This document shows, one piece after another, positions 17,173 to 27,365 of a DNA stretch of 64,000 bases. Source of the DNA: Salinispira sp. GTDB taxonomy: Bacteria; Spirochaetota; Spirochaetia; DSM-27196; Salinispiraceae. Both the position numbers and the translations under genes were made by a program. How positions within the stretch are numbered: position 1 is the first letter of the stretch; each line of letters starts with the position of its first letter. The notes under the pieces are model-generated. The model was given only the letters and a program-made list of their open reading frames with translations, ran no database searches and was not told the DNA's origin. The DNA is taken from the NCBI GenBank assembly GCA_965226555.1, contig CBDDDG010000010.1:480001-544000 (forward strand), read 5' to 3'.

Positions 17173-20130
17173 ATGCATATTACATTACCTAAAGGGAAAA
17201 CCTTTTTCGTATTCTGCGCAATTTTTATTATATTGATTGCTGGATGTCCAACACCGGTAGATAACCCAGTGGACACTGCAACCCCGCCGGGTACCATGGT
17301 TGCTCCAACCCTCACAGCAGGGAACGGGCAATTAACGGTTGCATGGACTGAGCCAACTGATGGCGGCAGCGCCATTACCGAGTATCACCTTCGCCATAGC
17401 GCGGACGGCGGTACCAACTGGTCGGACATTATTAATGTCGCCGTGCCAGCCACAAGCCACCCCATCACGGAACTGCGCAACGGTACCTCGTACAGTGTAC
17501 AGGTGCGTGCCGTAAACGCGCGGGGAGAAGGCAAATGGTCGCCGAGCGCAGAAGGAATTCCTGTTGACGTTCCCATGGCGCCGACTGGTCTCGCTCTCAC
17601 AGTGGGAGATGAGACACTTACTGCAACATGGACGGAATTAGAGCCGACCGACACTGGCGGCAGCCCTATCCTTCATTATGCAGTGGAACACCGCGAACCA
17701 GAAGCCGAGTGGCCGCAAACTCCCAGTGCATCCACCGCCGATGCCGGCACCCTGACCCTCGACATCCCCAACCTGAAAAACGGCACCGAGTACGAAGTAC
17801 GGGTATACGCTGTCAATGATCAGGGAGATGGAAACCGATCAGAAATTGCAGCGGCAACCCCTGCCACCGTTCCTGATAAGCCGAACGCTCCAACCCTCAC
17901 AGCGGGAAATGAGCAACTTACCGCAACATGGACTGCGCCGGACAATGGCGGAAACGCTATTATTCGGTATGAAGTGCAGTATCGCACCTCCAGCCCGCAA
18001 GGACAGTGGACGACTTCTTCGTCTGCCGATTCTGATGTTACTGATACAAGCCACACCGTCACAGGACTAACAAACGGTATCATGTACGAAGTACAGGTGC
18101 GCGCCGTGAATTCGGTGGCTGAGGATGCGGGAAATGGAGCGGGAGTTGGCGCATGGTCAACATCTGCGACAGAAACCCCTGTTGACGTTCCCAAGGCGCC
18201 GACTGGTCTCGCTCTCACAGTGGGAAATGGAAAACTTACCGCAACATGGGAAAAGCCGACCGACACTGGCGGCAGCCCTATCCTTCGGTATGCAGTGGAA
18301 CACCGCGAAAAACGCGAACCAGAAGCCGAGTGGCCGCCAAATCCCAGTGCATCCACCGCCGATGCCGACACCCTGACCCTCGACATCACCGGCCTGACAA
18401 ACGGCACCGAGTACGAAGTACGGGTATACGCTGTCAATGATCAGGGGCCTGGAAACCCATCAGACATTGCCGCGGCAACCCCTGCCACTGTGCCTAATGT
18501 GATAAGGCTTGAAGATGGTATAAGATCACCAAATGGCCAACATTCCATTTTCATCACCTTTCCACTGCTGACCGAAAGCGACACTGGCGGAAGCAAAATC
18601 ACCCAGTATGATCTGCGATATAAAAAATCTGATGTAGCGGGATGGACAGAACTCACAAATATTACCTTTATAAAAACTGAGGGAGGTATATTCATCACTA
18701 TCGACACCGAAACCATACAAGCTAAAGTCGCCAGCAATCCGCTACTGGAAGCAGGCACCTTCTATAATATAGAGGTGCGCGCCGTCAACGCAATCGGCGC
18801 TGGCGACTGGTCGGCTACTGTCAGTGTAACAACTATAAGCGCCGTCGAACCTAAGGCGCCGGGTAATTTCATGATTACAGCGAGAGATGAATCCATAGTT
18901 GTTACTTGGACAGTGCCGGACAATGGCGGTAGTCCAATTACCGGTTATTCGTTGCAGTATGGAGATCCACATCCAACGAATCCGCAGTCCCTTAGTTTGG
19001 GAAGCATCGGGGTTGCTATTGATAAGAACGCCGTAACCCACACCATTACGGGGCTGCAAAACGGTAAAACCTACAGAGTGTATATGTTTGCATTCAACGC
19101 GATCGGCAATGGTACCCACACGGTTGCGAAGGACGCAACCCCAATTGGTCCTCCTAAAGCGCCGACTGGTCTAACGCTTACGATGGGAACCGATGCCCAG
19201 CTTGGCGTGGGATGGACTGCGCCGACCGATGACGGAGGCACGGACACGGGCATTACCAAGTATGAGTTGGAGTATAAGCTGAGCTCTGGCAACTGGGATA
19301 CTTCTGCCGATGTTACTCGGCAGACAATTGCCTCCGCTACCCCCCCCGTTCCCACCACCGCTACCATTACGGGTCTAACGAACGGCAGCGCATACCATGT
19401 GCGGGTTCGCGCTGTGAACTCCGAAGGCGATGGTGACTGGTCGACATCTGCCGCGGCAACCCCCGTCGCTATTCCCGATAAGATAGTGATTAGCGAAACT
19501 CCAGCTTCAACTTCAACCCGATATTCTATAAGCATCTCATGGTCACTACCGGACCACAACGGGAGCCCCATTGACCGGTATGATCTGCAATATAAAAAAT
19601 CTGTTGAGATTGGATGGACAGAACTCACAGGTATTACCCTTAATGCTGATGGTCAATCATTCACTCTCGACACCGAAGCCATACGCGCTGACAACCCCAG
19701 CAATCCGATACTGGCTGCAGGTACCGCCTATAATATAGCGGTGCGCGCCGTCAACCCGCAGGGCACTGGCGACTGGTCGGATACTGCCAGTGTAACAACT
19801 CAAGCGGAGAATAGCGGCAGCACCAAGCCTGCTGTGCCTAGTTTCGCGATTGCAGGGGGAGATGGGCAAATAGTTGTTAACTGGTCAGCTCCGGACGATG
19901 GCGACAGCGAGATTACCTATTATGTTGTGTGGTATGGAGATCCATCTTCAGATGGTTCGACGCTTGTAGCAAATACCCGCGAATTTGATACCATTGTGGA
20001 TGGGAGCGCCACAACCCATACCATTACGGGACTGACAAACGGTAAAAAGTACGGAGTGTATGTGCAGGCATGCAACAGGATTGGCTGCGGAGACCCCGAC
20101 ATCACACCTCTTAAAACAGTAGAACTATGA
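17173..20130 (+). CDS. Multi-FN3 (about 9 domains) surface lipoprotein
   Basis: AGGAG RBS, LIAGC lipobox, repeated FN3 signatures with internal near-duplicate modules. Confidence 0.85.
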   Translation: MHITLPKGKTFFVFCAIFIILIAGCPTPVDNPVDTATPPGTMVAPTLTAGNGQLTVAWTEPTDGGSAITEYHLRHSADGGTNWSDIINVAVPATSHPITELRNGTSYSVQVRAVNARGEGKWSPSAEGIPVDVPMAPTGLALTVGDETLTATWTELEPTDTGGSPILHYAVEHREPEAEWPQTPSASTADAGTLTLDIPNLKNGTEYEVRVYAVNDQGDGNRSEIAAATPATVPDKPNAPTLTAGNEQLTATWTAPDNGGNAIIRYEVQYRTSSPQGQWTTSSSADSDVTDTSHTVTGLTNGIMYEVQVRAVNSVAEDAGNGAGVGAWSTSATETPVDVPKAPTGLALTVGNGKLTATWEKPTDTGGSPILRYAVEHREKREPEAEWPPNPSASTADADTLTLDITGLTNGTEYEVRVYAVNDQGPGNPSDIAAATPATVPNVIRLEDGIRSPNGQHSIFITFPLLTESDTGGSKITQYDLRYKKSDVAGWTELTNITFIKTEGGIFITIDTETIQAKVASNPLLEAGTFYNIEVRAVNAIGAGDWSATVSVTTISAVEPKAPGNFMITARDESIVVTWTVPDNGGSPITGYSLQYGDPHPTNPQSLSLGSIGVAIDKNAVTHTITGLQNGKTYRVYMFAFNAIGNGTHTVAKDATPIGPPKAPTGLTLTMGTDAQLGVGWTAPTDDGGTDTGITKYELEYKLSSGNWDTSADVTRQTIASATPPVPTTATITGLTNGSAYHVRVRAVNSEGDGDWSTSAAATPVAIPDKIVISETPASTSTRYSISISWSLPDHNGSPIDRYDLQYKKSVEIGWTELTGITLNADGQSFTLDTEAIRADNPSNPILAAGTAYNIAVRAVNPQGTGDWSDTASVTTQAENSGSTKPAVPSFAIAGGDGQIVVNWSAPDDGDSEITYYVVWYGDPSSDGSTLVANTREFDTIVDGSATTHTITGLTNGKKYGVYVQACNRIGCGDPDITPLKTVEL

Positions 20131-20714
20131 TCGTGAAGAAGTAACCCCGCTGGCTTCCCATGCGACTGTTGCTTGAGACTGTTGCTGGTCGGAGGCTGCG
20201 GCGGGTTGCTCGCCATGCGACTGTTGCTTGAGACTGCGGGCTCCTGCTCGCCATGCGGCCGGGCTGCTCGCCCATTCCGTTGTTACACGATGGGCGATGG
20301 GAGCAGTCGGGAATTTTTGCTACTGGAAATTGTGCTTGCACAATTTTCCAATGCAAAAATTTCTTTTATGGTGTTTGATGTGAAATCATCTGAAATACGA
20401 GACGGCATTCACTGAAATTCCACCATCAATAGCGATACTTCTTTCGGGCTATCTTACGCAGTCAATCGGATATCGCCATAGCCGAGCTTCCTGAGCTTCC
20501 TGAGCGCACCCGCCGCCGGAAACTGCTGCTCCTGCCTTAATGCCCGAAACACCGAATACTCTCTTACCGGGCAATTCATATCAATCCACCTTTGAAAAAC
20601 ACAACATTCTTTCAAAAAACACATAGAAAATTGTGCTCTGCACAATTTCCAGCAGCAAAACTTTCATACAGTCAAAAATGACATTTCTCCCGTCACAGAT
20701 ATAGGAGGAACAGT

Positions 20715-21946
20715 ATGAAAAAATCATCCCAGAGCACAGGACAGATTCACGACATAGCCTTCAAGATCGCCTACAAAAACCCCCTGATGATTCTCGACCT
20801 GCTGCGGCTGTTTTGTGAGGATACGGCGCTTGCCAAGCTGGACTTGGACAAAATCCGCATTGAAACCCCCAGCTACATTGCAGGAAAAAAGAACCTTCTC
20901 TGCGATCTCGTTGTCAGCGCCCCCTTCCTGTCAGCCCCAGATCGGAAGGCTCTATTCATTATTGAGCACAAAAGCTACCAGCACAAACACGTTCTCACAC
21001 AGATCGATGACTATCAATATGTCGTCAGAAACAGCGATGTGTACAATGAAAGGGATGCTATTTATATACTGCTGCTCTACCACGGAAAAAAGGAATGGAA
21101 CCTCCCGCTCACATTTTACAGTTCGCATGAAAACCCAGCTTCCGAATCCCTTACCGAAGGCACGGTGGATGTCAAGGTGAAAGTGTCGTACATTGTGCGC
21201 GATCTGAGGCGAATGGACAAAAGGCAGTTGATATGGCGCTCCGATGGAAAACGATATACATCGACTGCGTTGTGGTATATAATGAGAGATAATAACAAAG
21301 TTTTTCCTAAAGGAAAAACTTTCTATACCGTGAGAGAATCAAGAGTATAGATGAGAGAATCCTCATTTGAAAATTGTGCAGAGCACAATTTTCAGTGAGA
21401 TGGATGCTGAGGGGCTGAAAGAGATTGCGCAGCTCCTGAACGGTCTGTCTTCACATGAATTTAATTGCCTAGCAGAGGGTGTGCTGGGGTATATGAAAAA
21501 TTTAGGACTGTATGAACAGTTTGAGAAAATTGACAGGAAACTATATCCTGGACAAAGTTTTGCCACAGGCAAAACTTTCTACAAAATGAGAGAATGCCAA
21601 GCGCAACGAGGCATGCCAAATTTGAAACTTTTGCATTGGGAAATTGTGCTCTGCACAATTTTCCAATGCAAAAGTTTCAGGAGGAGAAAACAGTATGCGG
21701 ACATATAATATTACCAACCCCTTTATCAGGGAAGGCATGGAGAAGGGTATGGAGAAAGGTATTCTGAAAGGCCGTGTTGAAGGTCTTGAGCAGGGCATGG
21801 AGAAGGGTATTCTGAAAGGTCGGCAGGAAGGCATTCGAGAAACGGCTCGCAGTATGTTTTTGGAAGGGTTGTCGACAGATGCTGTTCAGAGGATTACCGG
21901 GCTGAGCGATGAGGAAATGCGGATAGTGCGGAACGGATCGCATTAA
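20715..21946 (+). pseudogene. Rpn-family nuclease (array 2, copy 5) interrupted by two family A insertions (21294-21396, 21553-21682)
   Basis: Removing 103 bp and 130 bp restores colinearity with intact copy 22489-23499. Confidence 0.9.
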
Positions 21947-22488
21947 TTGCAGCGCCGCTCGGCCTGCTCGTTCGAGCACCCGGCTTCCCATGCGACTGTT
22001 GCTGAGAGGTCGGAGGCTGCGGCGGGCTGCTCGGAGACTGCGGGCTCCTGCTCGCCCATTCCGTTGTTACACGATGGGCGATGGGAGCAGTCGGGAATTT
22101 TTGCTACTGGAAATTGTGCTTGCACAATTTTCCAATGCAAAAATTTCTTTTATGGTGTTTGATGTGAAATCATCTGAAATACGAGACGGCATTCACTGAA
22201 ATTCCACCATCAATAGCGATACTCTTTCGGGCTATCTTACGCAGTCAATCGGATATCGCCATAGCCGAGCTTCCTGAGCGCACCCGCCGCCGGAAACTGC
22301 TGCTCCTGCCTTAATGCCCGAAACACCGAATACTCTCTTACCGGGCAATTCATATCAATCCACCTTTGAAAAAAACAACATTCTTTCAAAAAACACATAG
22401 AAAATTGTGCTCTGCACAATTTCCAGCAGCAAAACTTTCATACAGTCAAAAATGACATTTCTCCCGTCACAGATATAGGAGGAACAGT

Positions 22489-23499
22489 ATGAAAAAATCA
22501 TCCCAGAGCACAGGACAGATCCACGACATAGCTTTCAAGATCGCCTACAAAAACCCCCTGATGATTCTCGACCTGCTGCGGCTGTTTTGTGAGGATACGG
22601 CGCTTGCCAAGCTGGACTTGGACAAAATCCGCATTGAAACCCCCAGCTACATTGCAGGAAAAAAGAACCTTCACTGCGATCTTGTTGTCAGCGCCCCCTT
22701 CCTGTCAGACCCAGATCGGAAGGCTCTGTTTATTATTGAGCACAAAAGCTACCAGCACAAACACGTTCTCACACAGATCGATGACTATCAATATGTCGTC
22801 AGAAACAGCGATGTGTACAATGAAAGGGATGCTATTTATATACTGCTGCTCTACCACGGAAAAAAGGAATGGAACCTCCCACTCACATTTTACAGTTCGC
22901 ATGAAAACCCAGCTTCCGAATCCCTTACCGAAGGCACGGTGGATGTCAAGGTGAAAGTGTCGTACATTGTGCGCGATCTGAGGCGAATGGACAAAAAGCA
23001 GTTGATATGGCGCTCCGATGGAAAACGATATACATCGACTGCGTTGTGGTATATAATGCGAGATAATGAGATGGATGCTGAGGGGCTGAAAGAAATTGCG
23101 CAGCTCCTGAACGGTCTGTCTTCACATGAATTTAATTGCCTAGCAGAGGGTGTGCTAGGGTATATGAAAAATTTAGGACTGTATGAACAGTTTGAGAAAA
23201 TTGACAGGAAACTATATCCTGGAGGAGAAAACAGTATGCGGACATATAATATTACCAACCCCTTTATCAGGGAAGGCATTGCGAAGGGTATGGAGAAAGG
23301 TATTCTGAAAGGCCGTGTTGAAGGTCTTGAGCAGGGCATGGAGAAGGGCATGGAGAAGGGCATTCTGAAAGGTCGGCAGGAAGGCATTCGAGAAACGGCT
23401 CGCAGTATGTTTTTGGAAGGGTTGTCGACAGATGCTGTTCAGAGGATTACCGGGCTGAGCGATGAGGAAATGCGGATAGTGCGGAACGGATCGCATTAA
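22489..23499 (+). CDS. Rpn-family nuclease (array 2, copy 6)
   Basis: Same motifs as array 1; GGAGG RBS. Confidence 0.85.
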   Translation: MKKSSQSTGQIHDIAFKIAYKNPLMILDLLRLFCEDTALAKLDLDKIRIETPSYIAGKKNLHCDLVVSAPFLSDPDRKALFIIEHKSYQHKHVLTQIDDYQYVVRNSDVYNERDAIYILLLYHGKKEWNLPLTFYSSHENPASESLTEGTVDVKVKVSYIVRDLRRMDKKQLIWRSDGKRYTSTALWYIMRDNEMDAEGLKEIAQLLNGLSSHEFNCLAEGVLGYMKNLGLYEQFEKIDRKLYPGGENSMRTYNITNPFIREGIAKGMEKGILKGRVEGLEQGMEKGMEKGILKGRQEGIRETARSMFLEGLSTDAVQRITGLSDEEMRIVRNGSH

Positions 23500-24062
23500 T
23501 TGCAGCGCCGCTCGGCCTGCTCGTTCGAGCACCCGGCTTCCCATGCGACTGTTGCTTGAGGCTGTTGCTGGTCGGAGGCTGCGGCGGGCTGCTCGCCATG
23601 CGACTGTTGCTTGAGACTGCGGGCTCCTGCTCGCCATGCGGCCGGGCTGCTCGCCCATTCCGTTGTTACACGATGGGCGATGGGAGCAGTCGGGAATTTT
23701 TGCTACTGGAAATTGTGCTTGCACAATTTTCCAATGCAAAAATTTCTTTTATGGTGTTTGATGTGAAATCATCTGAAATACGAGACGGCATTCACTGAAA
23801 TTCCACCATCAATAGCGATACTCTTTCGGGCTATCTTACGCAGTCAATCGGATATCGCCATAGCCGAGCTATCCCGAGCTTCCTGAGCGCACCCGCCGCC
23901 GGAAACTGCTGCTCCTGCCTTAATGCCCGAAACACCGAATACTCTCTTATCGGGCAATTCATATCAATCCACCTTTGAAAAACACAACATTCTTTCAAAT
24001 TCTCTCAAAAAACACAGTCAAAAATGACAGTTCTCCCGTTATAGATATAGCAGGAGATATTT

Positions 24063-25061
24063 ATGAAAAAATCATCCCAGAGCACAGGACAGATTCACGA
24101 CATAGCCTTCAAGATCGCCTACAAAAACCCCCTGATGATTCTCGACCTGCTGCGGCTGTTTTGTGAGGATACGGCGCTTGCCAAGCTGGACTTGGACAAA
24201 ATCCGCATTGAAACCCCCAGCTACATTGCAGGAAAAAAGAACCTTCTCTGCGATCTCGTTGTCAGCGCCCCCTTCTTGTCAGACCCCGATCGGAAGGCTC
24301 TATTCATTATTGAGCACAAAAGCTACCAGCACAAACACGTTCTCACACAGATTGATGACTATCAATATGTCGTCAGAAACAGCGATGTGTACAATGAAAG
24401 GGATGCTATTTATATACTGCTGCTCTACCACGGAAAAGGTGAATGGAACCTCCCACTCACATTTTATAGTTCGCATGAAAACCCAGCTTCCGAATCCCTT
24501 ACCGAAGGCACGGTGGATGTCAAGGTGAAAGTGTCGTACATTGTGCGCGATCTGAGGCGAATGGACAAAAAGCAGTTGATATGGCGCTCCGATGGAAAAC
24601 GATATACATCGACTGCGTTGTGGTATATAATGCGAGATAATGAAATGGACACTGAGGGGCTGAAAGAGGTTGCACGGCTCCTGAACGGTCTGTCTTCACA
24701 TGAATTTAATTGCCTAGCAGAGGGTGTGCTGGGGTATATGAAGAATCTGGGACTGTATGAACAGTTTGAGAAAATTGACAGGAAACTATATCCTGGAGGA
24801 GAAAACAGTATGCGGACATATAATATTACCAACCCCTTTATCAGGGAAGGCATTGCGAAGGGTATGGAGAAAGGTATTCTGAAAGGCCGTGTTGAAGGTC
24901 TTGAGCAGGGCATGGAGAAGGGTATTCTGAAAGGTCGGCAGGAAGGCATTCGAGAAACGGCTCGCAGTATGTTTTTGGAAGGGTTGTCGACAGATGCTGT
25001 TCAGAGGATTACCGGGCTGAGCGATGAGGAAATGCGGATAGTGCGGAACGGATCGCATTAA
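24063..25061 (+). CDS. Rpn-family nuclease (array 2, copy 7)
   Basis: Close paralog. Confidence 0.85.
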   Translation: MKKSSQSTGQIHDIAFKIAYKNPLMILDLLRLFCEDTALAKLDLDKIRIETPSYIAGKKNLLCDLVVSAPFLSDPDRKALFIIEHKSYQHKHVLTQIDDYQYVVRNSDVYNERDAIYILLLYHGKGEWNLPLTFYSSHENPASESLTEGTVDVKVKVSYIVRDLRRMDKKQLIWRSDGKRYTSTALWYIMRDNEMDTEGLKEVARLLNGLSSHEFNCLAEGVLGYMKNLGLYEQFEKIDRKLYPGGENSMRTYNITNPFIREGIAKGMEKGILKGRVEGLEQGMEKGILKGRQEGIRETARSMFLEGLSTDAVQRITGLSDEEMRIVRNGSH

Positions 25062-25625
25062 TTGCAGCGCCGCTCGGCCTGCTCGTTCGAGCACCCGGCT
25101 TCCCATGCGACTGTTGCTTGAGACTGTTGCTGGTCGGAGGCTGCGGCGGGCTGCTCGGAGACTGCGGGCTCCTGCTCGCCATGCGGCCGGGCTGGTCGCC
25201 CATTCCGTTGTTACACGATGGGCGATGGGAGCAGTCGGGAATTTTTGCTACTGGAAATTGTGCTTGCACAATTTTCCAATGCAAAAATTTCTTTTATGGT
25301 GTTTGATGTGAAATCATCTGAAATACGAGACGGCATTCACTGAAATTCCACCATCAATAGCGATACTTCTTTCGGGCTATCTTACGCAGTCAAATCGGAT
25401 ATCGCCATAGCCGAGCTATCCCGAGCTTCCTGAGCGCACCCGCCGCCGGAAACTGTTGCTCCTGCCTTAATGCCCGAAACACCGAATACTCTCTTATCGG
25501 GCAATTCATATCAATCCACCTTTGAAAAAAAACATAGAAAATTGTGCTCTGCACAATTTCCAGCAGCAAAACTTTCATACAGTCAAAAATGACATTTCTC
25601 CCGTCACAGATATAGGAGGAACAGT

Positions 25626-26648
25626 ATGAAAAAATCATCCCAGAGCACAGGACAGATCCACGACATAGCTTTCAAGATCGCCTACAAAAACCCCCTGATG
25701 ATTCTCGACCTGCTGCGGCTGTTTTGTGAGGATACGGCGCTTGCCAAGCTGGACTTGGACAAAATCCGCATTGAAACCCCCAGCTACATTGCAGGAAAAA
25801 AGAACCTTCTCTGCGATCTCGTTGTCAGCGCCCCCTTCCTGTCAGCCCCAGACCGAAAAGCCCTATTCATTATTGAGCACAAAAGCTACCATCACAAACA
25901 CGTTCTCACACAGATTGATGACTATCAATATGTCGTCAGAAACAGCGATGTGTACAATGAAAGGGATGCTATTTATATACTGCTGCTCTACCACGGAAAA
26001 GGTGAATGGAACCTCCCACTCACATTTTATAGTTCGCATGAAAACCCAGCTTCCGAATCCCTTACCGAAGGCACGGTGGATGTCAAGGTGAAAGTGTCGT
26101 ACATTGTGCGCGATCTGAGGCGAATGGACAAAAAGCAGTTGATATGGCGCTCCGATGGAAAACGATATACATCGACTGCGTTGTGGTATATAATGCGAGA
26201 TAATGAAATGGACACTGAGGGGCTGAAAGAGGTTGCACGGCTCCTGAACGGTCTGTCTTCACATGAATTTAATTGCCTAGCAGAGGGTGTGCTGGGGTAT
26301 ATGAAGAATCTGGGACTGTATGAACAGTTTGAGAAAATTGACAGGAAACTATATCCTGGAGGAGAAAACAGTATGCGGACATATAATATTACCAACCCCT
26401 TTATCAGGGAAGGCATTGCGAAGGGCCGGATTGAGGGTCTTGAGCAGGGAATGGAGAAAGGTATTCTGAAAGGCCGTGTTGAAGGTCTTGAGCAGGGCAT
26501 GGAGAAGGGTATTCTGAAAGGTCGGCAGGAAGGCATTCGAGAAACGGCTCGCAGTATGTTTTTGGAAGGGTTGTCGACAGATGCTGTTCAGAGGATTACC
26601 GGGCTGAGCGATGAGGAAATGCGGACAGTGCGGAACGGATCGCATTAA
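25626..26648 (+). CDS. Rpn-family nuclease (array 2, copy 8)
   Basis: Close paralog. Confidence 0.85.
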   Translation: MKKSSQSTGQIHDIAFKIAYKNPLMILDLLRLFCEDTALAKLDLDKIRIETPSYIAGKKNLLCDLVVSAPFLSAPDRKALFIIEHKSYHHKHVLTQIDDYQYVVRNSDVYNERDAIYILLLYHGKGEWNLPLTFYSSHENPASESLTEGTVDVKVKVSYIVRDLRRMDKKQLIWRSDGKRYTSTALWYIMRDNEMDTEGLKEVARLLNGLSSHEFNCLAEGVLGYMKNLGLYEQFEKIDRKLYPGGENSMRTYNITNPFIREGIAKGRIEGLEQGMEKGILKGRVEGLEQGMEKGILKGRQEGIRETARSMFLEGLSTDAVQRITGLSDEEMRTVRNGSH

Positions 26649-26795
26649 TTGCCGCCGCTCGGCCTGCTCGACCGAGCACCCGGCTCGCCCATGCGACTGT
26701 TGCTGAGAGGTCGGAGGCTGCGGCGGGCTGCTCGGAGACTGCGGGCTCCTGCTCGCCCATTCCGTTGTTACACGATGGGCGATGGGAGCAGTCGG

Positions 26796-26980
26796 GAATT
26801 TTTGCTACTGGAAATTGTGCTTGCACAATTTTCCAATAAGGATTCTCTCATCCATATTCTTGATTCTCTCAAGGTATAGAAAGTTTTGCCACAGGCAAAA
26901 CTTTGTTATATTCGTGATTCTCTCAAGGTATAGAAACTTTCTAAAAATAGGAGAATGCTAAGCACAAAGAAAGCATTCCT
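26796..26980. repeat. Cluster of family A palindromic modules
   Basis: GAAATTGTGCTTGCACAATTTTC and AAAGTTTTGCCACAGGCAAAACTTTG hairpins plus the GAGAATGCTAAGCAC module. Confidence 0.75.
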
Positions 26981-27109
26981 GACGGACGCATGGGCAAGCA
27001 GGAGGCGCACGCCTCCGACCAGCCGTCTTATCGAAAAAAGGCAGGCACGGGGGCTGGTCGGCGCCCCAATGCCTGCCTGAGTTGAATTGCCGCTTTTCAT
27101 TAGCCGCTG

Positions 27110-27230
27110 GGATGCGCCTGTGTGTTACTGCGCCGGACGCGCGAAGGTTGCCATGTCGTAGGCATAGATTTTGTAAGTAACATTGTCCCGCTACCCACAT
27201 CATTGTCCCATTCGACCAGATGCCAGCATT
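27110..27230 (-). pseudogene. Diverged duplicate of the 3' end of the adjacent propeller lipoprotein gene
   Basis: 27110-27169 almost identical to 27351-27410; encodes GIWSNGTMMWV then a frameshift. Confidence 0.65.
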
Positions 27231-27365
27231 CCCAAGGGAAACGCTGTCTGCCCCATTCCAGCGACAGCGCCGCCCGGAAGCGGAAACCTCCGGCACGCCA
27301 GTGAGCGCAAAACAATTAGAAAACATGGCGCTGCCCGCAACCAGCCGCAGGGATGCGCCTGTGTG

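Noticed and set aside
20111..20645. Short ORFs such as MHWKIVQAQFPVAK and MCRAQFS recurring across the window
   Set aside because: They are translations of the palindromic repeat families with no independent coding evidence
21550..21685. T4 gene 60-style translational bypass (GGA take-off and GGA landing around the insert)
   Set aside because: No stop codon directly after the first GGA, and the other frameshifting inserts lack matching codons; target duplication explains it more simply
17092..26800. Integron attC cassette array
   Set aside because: The boundary motif lacks a clear RYYYAAC...GTTRRRY pairing and no tyrosine integrase is present
1172..26980. CRISPR array from recurring palindromic repeats
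   Set aside because: Repeats are dispersed or separated by kilobase units, not by unique 30-40 nt spacers; no cas genes in the window
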